Notes: generated by a model from the sequence alone, not told the origin. DNA of 46,351 bases, filler included, from Catajapyx aquilonaris (GCA_000934665.2; 2 parts of 2 records of this genome joined end to end with filler, not necessarily neighbours in it); one strand, 5' to 3'; positions 13,101 to 26,611 are shown, counted from the first letter of the whole stretch. Numbers and translations: made by a program.

Positions 13101-15825
13101 AACTTTGGGAATAAGTGCGCTCCAATGAGCTAAATAGGAAGCTTCTGTAACAACACAAGCGTCTTTGTATATTTAGGCACTGAAATTCCTGGGTTTTTTT
13201 GAAAAAAAAAAAGTTAGTTCAGTTTTCGACCGTCAGAGCGTCGCTAGGATCGATATCCGGTTTAGACCAGTAAATCCGGCAGCTTACTGGTATTTTGTCG
13301 TTCCCACTACTGCATTTCTGACGGTACCGGTGATTCTATGTGTGTGGTGGGGAGGGATATATCGATTGGACTGAAAAGTATTGTGATAGGCAGCAGGCCA
13401 ATCATGCTGATCGTACTCTTCATTTAGGGGGTTCAGGATTTTTTTTTTCACCCCGGATAAATTTAACGCGATAGGACACAACCACTAGTTTTATCAAGCC
13501 AGATTAAATATAGTAACCCCAGGCAGGCTTTTGACTATACGGATTTACTCTCTAAAATTTGGGGTTTTCAGGTTTTCTGCTCAATTTCAGTGATTTTTGC
13601 TATATTCTCCACATGAAATATTTTGTGTGAAAAATTTCTCCCAATTGATGTCTTTTTTGAGTACCGGTAATGACAGTTCGACAATAGTCAGCCTACATAT
13701 ATTTGAGCAAAATGTTTAAATAAAATGGACAAAATGTACTCTACTCAAATATGTGAAAAATGTCACCTATAAGATCATGTGCTATTTCAAGTACAGGAAG
13801 AGTGAAAAACTGCTGGAAACAATTCAAAGAGTAATACTTAACAAGGGACCAATGGCCACCCAAACATTGCCGGTAATGATTTCCAGTACCAGAGGCTGCA
13901 AGTATTTGCCCTTAATAACTTCCACTTGAATGCCTAACCCAGCTGCACAAAGAACGTTGCCTAATTAAAATCTTCCATTGACTTTATACAGTCAGTGCGC
14001 CAGTACAGTCCACTTTAAATGTGGCAGGTCTGTTGATGAAAAAAAAAAGTCAGAGCGGAAAAAACCTGCGCATATCCTTTCAGTACGCTCCCTGCAAGTC
14101 AGTGCATTGTGATGCAAATACACATGTTACGATATGGAATTTTTGGCCAGGTGGCACTGTAACCATAGTATTCAGCTCAGGTTATAATGAAAAAAACTCA
14201 TGCCAGTTATGTTGAAGTTTTCATCTGCACAGGGGGGGAAAAAAATATCACCATTCATTTCTGCAATATATGACCGCATTGAATTCGCATAATGTAGCTT
14301 GGCAATTGCACCTCGGTGCATAACCGCCGGAGCTTACTGCATGACATTAATTAGCCAATGAGTAATTACGAACCACCCTCCCCCCGTAAACGGCGTGTAC
14401 CCCNCCCCCCCCCCCCCCCCCCCCCCCGTAAACGGCGTGTACCCCCCCGATTTTCATTTATTATTCATACTTGGCAATCTTTGTCGGCGGCACTTTTTGA
14501 CTTTAAAACAGCGTCGATCATGGCCCTGATGAATGGGAACCCTAAGTGTCCCGGAAATGGCTTCCAGTGAGGTAAAATATTATTATGGTCCCTCCGAAAC
14601 AGAGCCCATAGTTTGTTGTATGGAATTTGTGCCGATTCATTAATTCAGTCCACTTAACTTATACCGATGAAATACTGCTTTAAACTCTCCCGGGTTGTCC
14701 GAAAACATATTGGCGATAGTGCCTGGACTGGAATGAAACTGAAGGTACACGTTCCGAGTTCGGATTTATAACCCCGAAAGAGAAGGAAAATACGATAACA
14801 CAAACGAAATTATTCATCCCCGACTATACCCGAGTAACATTTTTGTTTAAAAAAAACCCCTTATTAATTAAGTCACAGCCCATATTATTCCTTCAACCAA
14901 AGTATACACGTCTATAAAAAACCTCAATAAAACCCTGCCTTGAAAATTGGAGGATCAAATTATCATATCGTCTCAAAAGCCCGGATGTGCTAAAGAGATG
15001 TGCTGTCTCATACAGTTTGGGTGAGCTGCAGGATATCAGCTCGGTGAACGTTAACCGTAATATACAGCAAGAACGTTATGTCCCGCTCATATATCTTCAC
15101 TTAGCGATGAACTCGAAACTTACAGCACGCGAGCTATTTCTCAGCAAGGAGTTTTTAAAATTAGGCTGAATCGAAGACATATCGCCAAGATGATAGCGTA
15201 CTGAATTACTGCGACTATTTGTCAATTTACCGTTTTCGTGATAATAATTGCAAAACTCCCCAGCAGTTTTGTGTGCATCAAAATAGTTATTACACCCGGA
15301 CAAGATGAATCTGCAATGTTGGTCGGAATTTAATGGTTGAAACAACTCATAACGGTACATCGGCCAGGACAACATTACAAACGCTTCCGCACCCAATTAT
15401 GGCCCACACGTACCCCAAAAGTTATATGACAATTGCGCGCATATATCGCTCATATCCTCCCCATAAAATATCCCCATTTGAATTATTCCGCTACTACATG
15501 CACAATATAACATCGAAATGTACTAACACCCACCCAGAAAAAGAAAAAAAAATAGCAGACTCCCCTTTGAAACAATCCAATTAAAAATTTAACACCCCCC
15601 CGTTATTGTCAGATATTACCCTCCAAATTTAAATGTCAAAAAACCTTGTCCATAATGGACACGGCTTAGGTGGCCCCCAAAATTGACCCATTATCCAACC
15701 TCCCCTTTTCAATAACAACCTCTGATGGGTCGCCTCCATCCCTCCCTGGGTTTCAATAATAGAGCCGAAAAAAACGAGGTACTGGGAGGAGAGGCTGACA
15801 CAGCCTTAGTCCCCCCCCCCCCCCC

Positions 15826-16006
15826 NNNNNNNNNNNNNNNNNNNNNNNNNNNNNNNNNNNNNNNNNNNNNNNNNNNNNNNNNNNNNNNNNNNNNNNNNNN
15901 NNNNNNNNNNNNNNNNNNNNNNNNNNNNNNNNNNNNNNNNNNNNNNNNNNNNNNNNNNNNNNNNNNNNNNNNNNNNNNNNNNNNNNNNNNNNNNNNNNNN
16001 NNNNNN
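15826..16006. other. Assembly gap flanked by poly-C and poly-T runs
   Basis: Run of N. Confidence 0.98.
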
Positions 16007-19000
16007 TTTTTTTTTTTTTTTTTTTTTTGGAGGGTAAATGTAGAGAGAGAGAGGACAGGGGTCGTGTCACGTACGCTTAGAATCACGGTGGTCATCACCA
16101 GAGTTGGGGGGCTGACGTGGGTCGAAAGCGACGATTGCAGGAATGTTGATACTATCATGTGGCGCCTGCGTCATGTCCGAGATTGAACCGGAAGTGTGAG
16201 CGGAAGTTTCTAGCTATCCTACAGCCAATCAGGAAGCAAGTTGGAAGTTAACTGCTAAAAAAAAGATCATGAAAGATCATATAGATCATGATTTTTTTCA
16301 CAAAAAAATGAGGGGGTAACAACTATGTAAATCTGGTATACATTTGGCCATAAGTCCATGTATAAATCTTTTCGTATATCTCGTCATAAATCAAGTGTAC
16401 ACTAAAGGTAAATTTTTTTAAAAAATCTGGAATATTCGGAAGAATTTCAAAATATTTCGCAAATATGGATATTATTCAATACAAAATATTAACAGTTCAG
16501 TTTTACGTAAAGCATCTGAGCAAGTGTTATCAATTAATTATTAATATTGCGTTCATGAATTCCCAATTTCTGTATTTCTGCCGTTAGTTTTCTAAGTATT
16601 TCCGATCAATCTATATCGATAAATTGGCCCACAATATAAGAGTTTCGATGTGATATTTTGAGTGTGGAACATGCTTTGTCTAAAGTTGCAGCGACGATAG
16701 TTTCTGAATAAATATTAAATGTTTATTGCGTTAAAAAATGGAACTACAAATAAAAAACTGATTGGCCAAAGAAGCGTATGTAGACTGATGAGGACAGATT
16801 ATTTCATGATGTGCTGCTGCATAGTTCTGATAATAATTCTCATGAATCTGTTAATTGGTTACAAGCCATATTAAGTTTATCTTCAGGTGAACCCGGATAC
16901 AAGAGGCTAGCACACCAGAGCAATATATAACCTGCAAAGATCCACTCCAGCGTAATAACAATATATCCGTTGCCGAGGAACATAGTGCCTATGAGCTGGT
17001 TGCTGACAAAATAATTAATAGCTACGACGGTGCTGCGCAAGGTTGTTATGAGTTCTTCCGAAGTTGCAAACCTATACACGAGCTAGGGCAACTTAACTTC
17101 CTATATAATGAGTAGTCTTTGAGGCGTGAAGAGTAACAAGCAGCACTGCTGGCTGGCAACGAAAATTGATATGGATCTCTAGACGTGGACAAGAGCAGGT
17201 GAAATTCAAAACAGTTCAAGACAACAGTGCAGGGGTCGAAAAACATGACTGACCAAATGTTGGGCAAAATCAATGTGAACCAATAGACTCTTCAGCAATC
17301 AAAACATAGGCACGGGAAACGCAAGCAGTGAAAAGCCACGGGCCTTTACAATGTCGACAGCCAATACATTCCCAAGGTACTGAATTTATGGAAGCATGAA
17401 GGCGTTATGTATGTATAGATTCAAAATTTTTGTATTGAATTTTTTTTTCTCTCCTTCCCTAGAGAAGACTTGTTTTCTCTTCCGTTGCCTTCTCTTTTTT
17501 TTCTACTTCTGCACTTCAGGACCCATTGTGCAGATACGTGCATTAGATGAAATGGAAGAGAATTCTGTGACACACTTTGGAAGTAGGTAACTCGATTTTC
17601 CAAGGAAAAAATTGAGTTACCTACTTTTGGTTCCAGACCCTCCCTCGCATATAGTCGCCGACCATCTACACAGGCCACTTTAAGTCCTAAAATTGGTTCG
17701 ATATCCGATGTTTTCACGGTTAATATCGCCTCGAATCCCTATTAAAATTAGCCCTCCCCTGATTGCTCTTAAAATTTCAACACCCGTTCAAGCTCCATCA
17801 AGCAAGATTACAAATTAAAAATTGACCTTTTATATCCCCTCCCCCTCCCCCCCAAAAAAAAAAAATTGTCGGGGGCTCTCTACACAATCGATATTCAAAC
17901 CGTCTGAGCTTATCGGGCATTTAGCCTCACGCCCCACTGACTAATTCCTCTCCTCATTGTATTGACAGACTACCGATCTCCATGAAAAGCACGGTACTCA
18001 CACGCCACAGCAATTTAAAACAAAACATCTTGCACAATCGGCAGGCACCTGACAACAACAGTCAAAAAAAAAAAACCCCCAATTGCACTAGTTGCAGGCA
18101 ATTTAGCCTCAGTACCTTCCTGAATACTTCATGTGCAGAAAACCTGTCAACCGTTGGCCATGAATTCTGCATCGACGTGCTAAGTGCGCCAACGCGACAC
18201 TATCGGAGTTGAGCAATTTGTGAATCGATGGAACACACTTACAGCAATTGCGACCCCCGGACGGACTGCTATATACCCCAAAAAAACCTGGAGGGAACTG
18301 AAATTCATTTCTCCTGATGGAGGACATTAATAAAAGATGACGTCTAATGCGTGCTAACTCCGCTTTTGTCAACGGTTCTACGTGGCAGACACGGTGGCCG
18401 ATGCGCCAAGTTGTTTCCTACAGTGCAAAATGGGCCGACATGAAAAGTCACGCACGCCCTAAAATTTTCAGCGAGTCCCAGGTCGGTCCTACATCCGGCA
18501 TAATATTGGACTTCTCATGAATTTATATATTTTTAAAATAATTGCACATTATTATAAGCAGCACTATTGATGAAATTAATGTGACAAGGTAGAGTACTGT
18601 AACGAAATTGCAAAAAATACACTAATATTTAATAAATTAACATTTTAATTAGCAGGCTACTGCTTATATTATAAAAACACGATTGGGCAGTGTATGATAA
18701 TTTCATGCAATATTCACAAACTTTTTGAGAATAATATGCATAATAAATTAATGATAATTTCCAACGAGATTTTTTAAAAGGCAGTCAACTACTGTATGTG
18801 CAAGTTTTACATGATTTTTCGCGGATTCTTATGAATTTCCCTCATTTTCGACAACGTCGCCAATTCCAGTCACGTTCTATGGCAACATCGCTTCTCTCCG
18901 CCCAATAGCGACCGTTGTTTATTTGGCGGGAAGTCACTTGATTGGCTGATAACTTTCTCCCGCTACTGCTGACAGGCCGACTCCTAGTGCCGCAAACAGC

Positions 19001-20719
19001 CCTTGGCAACTGCTGATTAGCCCGGAGCTTCCTACCCGCAATGAGCATTTTCTAGTGTTAATTGGTTGAAAGTTAGCTCACGCAACCCACATTGCAACAT
19101 CTGCTCCAGGGAATGCAAGACAACTTAAACACTCTATCTGATTCTTTAAGAACTGGAAAAAAAAATGCTGCACATTTCGGCCCCAAAATTATATTACCGC
19201 TCTTCTGACTTCAATGTGGCATTTTTCGCCACGTCCTCTTGTCACCCTCTCTTACAAAAAAATGTCCTCCAGCAATTCATTACATCCTTTTCCTTTGAAA
19301 AGACTACGGGGGCATGCGGAGTCACATAAATTCCAGAAGCGCACATAAGGAAACGAGGGGCCAGCACGCACACGACCACTCCGCGGCCATTATAACCCCA
19401 GACGGGTATTCCCCGGGACTTTTTAAATGCCCGATGAATAAGAGATTTCGAGAGAAACCCCCCCGCCTTTTTCAACTCCTCGGGGCGTCCTCCCAATATT
19501 CCAAACTTTTTATGAGACGTTCACAATTTTTGTTGGCCCACCTTATGAGCAAACAGCATTATAATTTCATGCTTTTCCAACTCGACCTGAAACTACATTG
19601 TAGTGTCAATAAACAAATGAAGCGTACAAATTTTTTTTCCCTGCCAAATTTGCGGTTCTCTAACATACCATGGTATTTTTTTTCCAGGGGTCTCCAGGGC
19701 GTGTCCGGAGGTTCATTAATCATTTCACATTCTGAGTGAAATTATCGCAGCGAGTAGTCACTTCCAACCCTGCCGGTATTTGGGCAGTTAGCGTAAACAT
19801 TTTCTATAGGGCACCCTCTAGCCATCAAAAAATTTTCCACTTTAAATTTTGTCACTAAATAAAAAGGTGTTTCGCAAACAGTGTATTCCGCATGATGTCC
19901 CCATAATGACCTGAAGGTCGTGGGACCAATGTGGAAATCATTGGGCGTAAAATATGCCTCCGGGATTGACCGGATGGCCGATTATCGAAATCGGCTACAT
20001 TTTTTTGTCATGTTCCACTCCCCGTGTGTGTGGGGGGGCGTGTGTCAGAACGGGTTCGAACGAGACAAAAAGTCATGTCAAATCCAGGGGATCACCACAA
20101 GTATTACCATCTGCAAAATCGATCCTGGCCCCACCATACCAGGCAATTACAGCCAGTGTGTGCATATTGCTGAGCATTAGGTTTTATAATCATCCATCGG
20201 ATTCCTTTGTCCGTTTAATCATTCGCATAATTGTGCAATATTCGACGCGTTGTTTCACTCCGCACCGTATAAACGCCCGCCGGTTTAGTACATATGAGAA
20301 TTTATGCACGCAATAGGTTATCGATTCGAAATTTTGTGCCCATCTGGACCACATGCAAAAAATTTACAACCGGAAAATCTATCTACAAAACCAGTCGCAA
20401 TCATCTAATGAATTTGAGCCATTAACGTTGGGTATATCAAAACAACAGAGTCCAGGCCAGCAATTGTCATATAGATATTCTTCATCAGGCTAATTGCTCC
20501 CCAATGGCAACACTGTGGGAAGAAAACTTACAAGGCTAATCTAATATTTTGAAATCATATTGAATGTACGGTAAAATAAAAATTGTCAAAATACTGAAAA
20601 CTCAACAGGCCCACCATTGCTCAATTCACTGGCCCATTCCCATCAAATCTTGCTTAGATCTACATTCTCCCTATAGGCGATACGTGCCAGTTAATCTGAG
20701 ATTCCTTCCCTAATTCCAG

Positions 20720-21056
20720 ATTCTGGAAGAGGAGGGCCGAATCATCAGCAAACTGGTCAAGTCGTACCGAGCTCACGGAGAGGTACCGCCCTTCCTGCGT
20801 AGGATACAAAACGAGGCTGAGCACTACCCACGGGACCAGATAGAAGTGCCCCCAAAGACTCTGGAGCAAGAGCTGGAGGGCAGGAGGTACCGTATGAAGC
20901 GAGTATGTCACAAGTACGGTCTGGACCATTCTGGAGAGGACCTTCCACACAGGCCAAACGCCTGGGAGTTCTTCATTGACCCTGAACACAAGTTGGTCTG
21001 GTGCAACATCTTCAAGGCAGCCAGCTCATCATGGCTATACAACTTCAACATTCTAG
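20720..21056 (+). CDS. CHST11: Carbohydrate sulfotransferase 11-like (Sulfotransfer_2 family), internal exon with the 5'-PAPS-binding motif
   Basis: Acceptor ttccag| at 20719, donor |gtttgt at 21057. Translates ILEEEGRIISK...RRYRMKRVCHKYGLD...HRPNAWEFFIDPEHKLVWCNIFKAASSSWLYNFNIL. The WCNIFKAASSSW segment matches the CxxxKxAxTxW 5'-PSB motif of HNK-1ST/CHST8-14-type enzymes. Downstream exons were not found before the scaffold break. Confidence 0.9.
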
Positions 21057-23128
21057 GTTTGTATTATGCGCTCCTCCGCTCAGTAATCATTCCATATGAC
21101 ATACGCCAGGGTGTATGAAGCAGACTGTCATCCGCACAGTGACATATCTACCCCTCTCATTGAGCAAAAATATCCCGGAACCCGAACCCTTCACCCGCAT
21201 CTGTTGCTCGTCATAAAACTTCAACTTCCCGACCCCGTTTTATTATGTTGAATCGGATTCATTTCGCCCCCCCTTTGCCCCTTCTGGATTTTCAACCACC
21301 CCTCCCACCCATACCGAACACCCTCGCTTATCAAAACCTGTCAAGTGGGGCAATTCCCCCGCAAATTTCCGTACCCCCGATCCCAGTGAGAGAGGCCGAA
21401 AGGCAGACGTCCTCCTGACTGCCAAGTAATAAATCATGTGCCAAATTGCCTCCGATGGACCCCTCTATGCTTTATCGCACTCGCTGAGCCCCCGCCTAAA
21501 ATAATCCGGGGGGTCTCCAGAGAGAGTTCGCAGAGCTGATCAAATTTAGTGCTAATCACTCTCCTGTGCACGTGGGGAGAAACACACGGGTTTGAACTTT
21601 CCCGCCTGGGAAGGTACGCCAGCCAATCCCCTGTCACTCCCTGCTGATTGGTTGATCCATAATCTCGTTGACGGTCGCCCTGGGTACGTATATCCACCGA
21701 TACAGCTGAGATTACAGCAACTGCTAGCGACATTTTCCGATGCGGCAGACGTGCACATCGAAGTGATAGAGTGCGAGCCGTGCGAGTAAGAAATGGTAGC
21801 CCTTGGGTGACGTCACTATTACTCGCACGGCTCTATCACTTCGATTTGCACTTCCGCCGCATCGCAAGCAGTACGACGCACTAATTAATGTCCAACACTG
21901 TACGATTAGCAAGATGTTGACCTTGATGGTTCAATACTATTGGGAATTTGAACAGAAACAGTCAGTAAATCCATAGCTTAATTCCTAGATCTTCGAGGCG
22001 CCAGGATTTACCGCCCCGACTCTTTTTTTTTTCCAAAAATTTATTACACAGCAACACTCTTTGCCCAAAAACGGTGAATCTGACAAATCGCTTTCGGTCC
22101 TTTACTCCCATCGATCTCAACTCGTGGTGGGGAAAAGCACATTACTGCAGGGGGTGTAAAAAATAAAAAACTCGGCACGTCCCCGACATTAACCCCTCTT
22201 GGCTTCTCCCAAAAAAAAAAACCAGAGACAAGTTTTCCCTCGATCGGGGTCCGACCAAAAATCCCGCAGACCAACAGAACCATTCGCATTCTACTACCCC
22301 CAGCATCCAAACCGCTCACGGGATTCTAATTAGCTTGAACTCGGATACAAAACCACAGTTTTACCCACACTTGTTCGGGGGAAAAGCGCGCCAACAGTAG
22401 CTTTTAAATCAAAGTTTGAGGAACCCTGGTTGCAATAAATCCACGGGTGGGCACGTGGGACGCTCCAACAGTTGAATAATTATTGTTTTTTAATAGTTAT
22501 TTTTCAACATCAGTTCCTCCTAAAACCGGGCCAAATTGTGAAGGCCTATATTAGGTCGGTGTGTTCAGGCCCATAAAAACCACGTTCATAATTCGAACAT
22601 TCCTGGGGTGAGTAACATGTAATGGTTATACTGTCAATTACACATTGTATAAACGGCTGGAGTACTTCGGGAAGGGCATCGACCAATAGGCTAATTCTGT
22701 AAGTTGACTTATACCGTAGTATATCTATACACACTGCCACAATGCACCATGAATCATAAGTGCACTGTGGCTGAACTCAGACGTGTTGCGTTTATGTTAT
22801 TTTCAAATTGTGTTCACAATTTTGTGACTTAAAATTTTTTAAGGGTAATTTTGAAACCTGCGTATGAGTGAACAGTACTGACTGTGAGGATTTTTTATAT
22901 ATTTTCATTTAAGATAGATCTCTCAAATGTCTTTACTCCTCCTTGATTACAGATGGTTCTTTTCCTTCTGAAAATAATGACTTCTCTGACATCTCTTGTT
23001 GCGCGGGATAGAAAAATGTCCTTTTCTGACACGTACATAGAAGCATTTAATGACGTCTATAGGAACACAAGAAGTTCTGATATCACAATCGCGAGACCCT
23101 TTTGTGGCACAGACATTTCTTAAAATCG

Positions 23129-23228
23129 NNNNNNNNNNNNNNNNNNNNNNNNNNNNNNNNNNNNNNNNNNNNTTAATTAATTAANNNNNNNNNNNNNNNN
23201 NNNNNNNNNNNNNNNNNNNNNNNNNNNN
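23129..23228. other. Artificial scaffold/contig spacer (N44-TTAATTAATTAA-N44)
   Basis: Symmetric 100-nt block. TTAATTAATTAA puts stop codons in all six frames and is the core of commonly used pseudomolecule linkers. Confidence 0.92.
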
Positions 23229-24664
23229 TGCGCACTCACTCACTCGATTTGTAAACAGTGGCAACAATGGAAGCGCTCTCCATGGGCTGATGTGGCCCGC
23301 CGGACGGGGTTGCCAGGTTACGCCGCCGCCGCAGCCGCCGGAAAAAAACATTTAGCGACGGCTAATTTGTCCAGCACTGTACCAGTTGCGAATAGCGTTA
23401 TTCGGAGGAAGTCGTAGCGCTTCACCAGTAATGGCGATTATGTAGGGATAGCGCATTCAAGTCGATGCAAACTTGGAAAGTCTTATTTTGACAAATGGCC
23501 TTGCACGCTTCTAGGACCTTAGGGTGGGGACATTTAAAGAATCAAGTGTACAAGCATACTAAATCATTTAAAATGTGACTCATCTTCAAATTGAGTTACT
23601 GAGGTGTTCAATTCCTGTGGTGATCAGCAGAAACGCATGTGGGAAAGTCAAAATAGTTCTTCAAGCTGGCGTGGACTTTGAATTGTGCTAAAGTTGACCA
23701 CTATGTGGAAGATAGATAGGCATTATGTTTTGCTGACCCGGTCCATGTTTTCTCGTAGCTTCACTTGCTTCTATTAAATCGTCTTAATTGTTTCACTGCT
23801 CATCAAACATACGCCCCTTATTTCATGGCCACCCTGTAGTACGACTATTTTAACAAATAAGCTACTATTTTCTTAAGCGGATATCAAACCATTATTATTA
23901 TTATTATAAACTGTCAGGATGGTTATGATATTCCTTATGATAGTGAAACCTTAATTTATATCATTCCCAGAAACATCAATGTTCAGTTTGTGAGAGTGTA
24001 AGGTCGAGGACTAAACTCTGGAAATTAAACCCAGATAAATTATTCCATGATTTACCGTTTTCCTGCACATATTGGTGACATTTTTCATTGCCAAAGAGCA
24101 TTAATACTAGACTGTAAGACACACTGTAAGACAGGTCACACAGGTGAAGGCAATTTAGTACGTGATGTATGTTGAGAGCTCACATGAGACTCGACGCAAA
24201 GAAAAAAAACACCCATATGACAACAGATCTGGCCCGTCCAAATATATAAATGTTTTAAACTCTTTCCTGAAGCTGTCAAAAGAGTTGTCTGATTTGAAGG
24301 CCAAATAAAGGTAATTCCTATGTACGTTTTGTTAACTTTCACTGCACATTTCAGATGCACCACTAATGTACGGGAAATGAGATAATGTTCTGAAGCCGCA
24401 TCAAGGTTTCCATGGAAATACCTTCACAGTACAAGTGGAAAAAGCAACAATGGAAGAATTATTAACTATGGCGTCAGATCGTTCTCTTGGGAAGCTCTAA
24501 TAATTATTTTTCAGGCAGCAACCCAAGGGTTCCCATTCATTGTAGCATTGTTTTGGATTTCCCCCATCTGGACAGCACACTTCCTTCAACGGACCCACAG
24601 ACTGCCATGGTTGTAATCTTGCAAGCAGCATCATTGTCGCAATAAGGTCATGAATAGCTTTATT

Positions 24665-24830
24665 TGTTGAAGGAAATAGCAGTTTTGAACCGGTAGCCGC
24701 TATTGCAGAACTGTGGAGTGATAGCGCATAAGCCCGTCCTCCACTCTCTTGCGCGGCGGTAGGAATGCACCCTAATTTGCATTTTTAAAAAAGAAAAAAA
24801 AGAAAGAGAAGATAATCAAAATGGCCGACC
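24665..24830 (+). promoter_or_regulatory. Conserved promoter cassette of ZNF gene A
   Basis: Same ordered motifs as upstream of B-E: (c)cagtagcggcga-like box, atagcgc, ggaatgcacc, A-tract, aa(a/g)atggccg (YY1/Pho-like). Confidence 0.6.
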
Positions 24831-25051
24831 AACCGTCTCTTTTTTTATTTTGTGGTTCGTGTGGTCCGTTGAATTGAGCTAATTTCTACCCGTTTCACTG
24901 CCGAATTGGAGCTCCTCTCTTCGCTGGAGGGGACTGGTGTCCGGAGGGTGAAGAATAAGGAGGAGGAGGAAGAAGGGTGGGTGACGGATGGGGAATAGGG
25001 AGGGGAAGGGTGTGGGTACATGACCTCCACTCGTCTTGTGTTCGCAGGACC

Positions 25052-25315
25052 ATGTCCCAGGCAGTGTGGATTAAGACGGAAGAGGCGGAGGAAGGGGAAG
25101 AGGAAGATGGAACAATCACAGCGGAGGAGACCTGGCAGTTGCCTGTGAAGGAGGAGGCCTCGTCTTGCTTTGGTGGTATGCTCACGGATGACACGCTTCG
25201 TGATGTCAAACAGGAGCCAGTCAAGGAGGAGGAGGAGGAGATGGAGGTGGGCATGTCTGGGGAGGTTGAAGATGAAGATGACCCTTTGGCAGGAGGTTCT
25301 GCAAAGATTAGTGGG
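25052..25315 (+). CDS. C2H2 zinc-finger gene A, coding exon 1 (acidic N-terminal module)
   Basis: Acceptor ttcgcag| just upstream, ATG in accATG context, MSQAVWIKTEE...EDEDDPLAGGSAKISG, donor |gtaggt at 25316, phase 0. Homologous to the first exons of B-E. Confidence 0.85.
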
Positions 25316-25565
25316 GTAGGTAATCCACTGAAATTGCAGTAGGGATTTTGCACTGACACCAAATTATCAATGCAAATCAAACACCAAGGCTAGATGATAC
25401 TGTAATATCCGCACTCCAGCTGCTGCCTTGACTGAACCAGTTGGTGATGTGCAGTCAATGGTTCATCTTGAAACACCCTTATTATGTTTGACTAATGAGC
25501 CAAATTTTAGACTTTTTCTCATTTAAAAAGTTTTATGTAATGGCTCAGTCTGTCCGTGGTCAGGT

Positions 25566-25921
25566 CAGGGAGCATATGCTACATAAGAGGCGCAAACTTC
25601 TGTCGGCGTATTTGATGTCCGCGTCTCTCTGTTTGGGGCTGTTGCCAAGGCTGGCGGCCATTTTGAAGTGTGGGCAACGCCAACGAGGTATAAATAGGGT
25701 GCAGGCAAAAATAGGGTCCGACATCTTTGATGGTTTTGGCGGCCATGGCAACTACATGGCAAGAACACACGCGAATCAAAGATGGCGGATCCTATTTTTG
25801 CCTGTACCCTATTTATACATCATTGCCCACACTACAAAATGGCCACCAGCCTTGGCAACGCCCCAAACAGCGAGACGCGGAAATCGAATGTTTGCGCCTC
25901 TTATGTAGTATATGCTCCCTG
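25566..25921. mobile_element. Foldback MITE with long inverted arms (possibly P-element-like)
   Basis: Termini cagggagcatatgctacataagaggcgcaaac ... gtttgcgcctcttatgtagtatatgctccctg. Arms pair over about 150 bp. Flanking direct repeat gtcaggt (7 bp, 8 bp if ggtcaggt). Confidence 0.85.
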
Positions 25922-26611
25922 GTCAGGTTATCAAGGCCCAAACTGCCAGAGAAAGCGACAAACTGTTTTTGGATTGGGATTTAGCATTACCAATATAGGT
26001 AGTCTAGACAGAAACTTCCCATATATTGGAAGAACGTTGAAAATATGTGGCCAGAGGGCCGAGGGACCGGAAAATATGAGAAGATCCGATGGAAGATTTA
26101 TGTGGAGAAATGTTTCTTTGGAATGTTAGTTTTGTATTGGCTGCCCTCCAGGTCGGATGTTTGTCCCGTTGGCCGGAATATAGTTCCTGGCAGTGTTAGA
26201 CCTGACCCCCTCGTGTGTTCATTTAATAGTTGTGGTGGCTAGCGCATCTGGCTCAAGGAACATCACGGTAACAATAAATGACCCCAGGATTTAGGGATAT
26301 TTCATAATATTAATGTTAAAATGTGCGGTGATTTCTGACCTTGATGCAACATACATACATACACTTCCCATCACCCTCCCACACATTCATTAATTTGTGG
26401 CATTAGTACCATAAAGGGTAGCCAGCAATGCAACAGAGGTCTCTATTTCTTTCTTCCCAACATTTCATGTGGTTATACTGACAATGAGATCTCTGTGCAC
26501 TCTGTGAACAAATTTTGTCCTTTTTACCTGATGAAATCAGGTGGAAAGGATCACACTAGCCACTCTGTACATTCAAAATTGATGAACTATAATAATTCTT
26601 TTTTTTTTCAG

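Noticed and set aside
14378..14448. Duplicated ccccgtaaacggcgtgtacccc around a poly-C run with an N
   Set aside because: Likely unmerged contig overlap at a homopolymer.
16780..17000. Possible THAP-domain remnant or hammerhead ribozyme core (CTGATGA)
   Set aside because: No coherent THAP motif in any frame, and no paired stems with GAAA around any CTGATGA checked.
130..20316. Many 60-150 aa ORFs in the left part
   Set aside because: No recognisable motifs, homopolymer-derived composition, no consistent splice sites; expected by chance in intron DNA.
26495..26611. ORF-track N-terminal extensions of exons (also 24977, 28954, 39203, 40937)
   Set aside because: Lie upstream of clear acceptor sites and are not conserved between paralogs; intron read-through.
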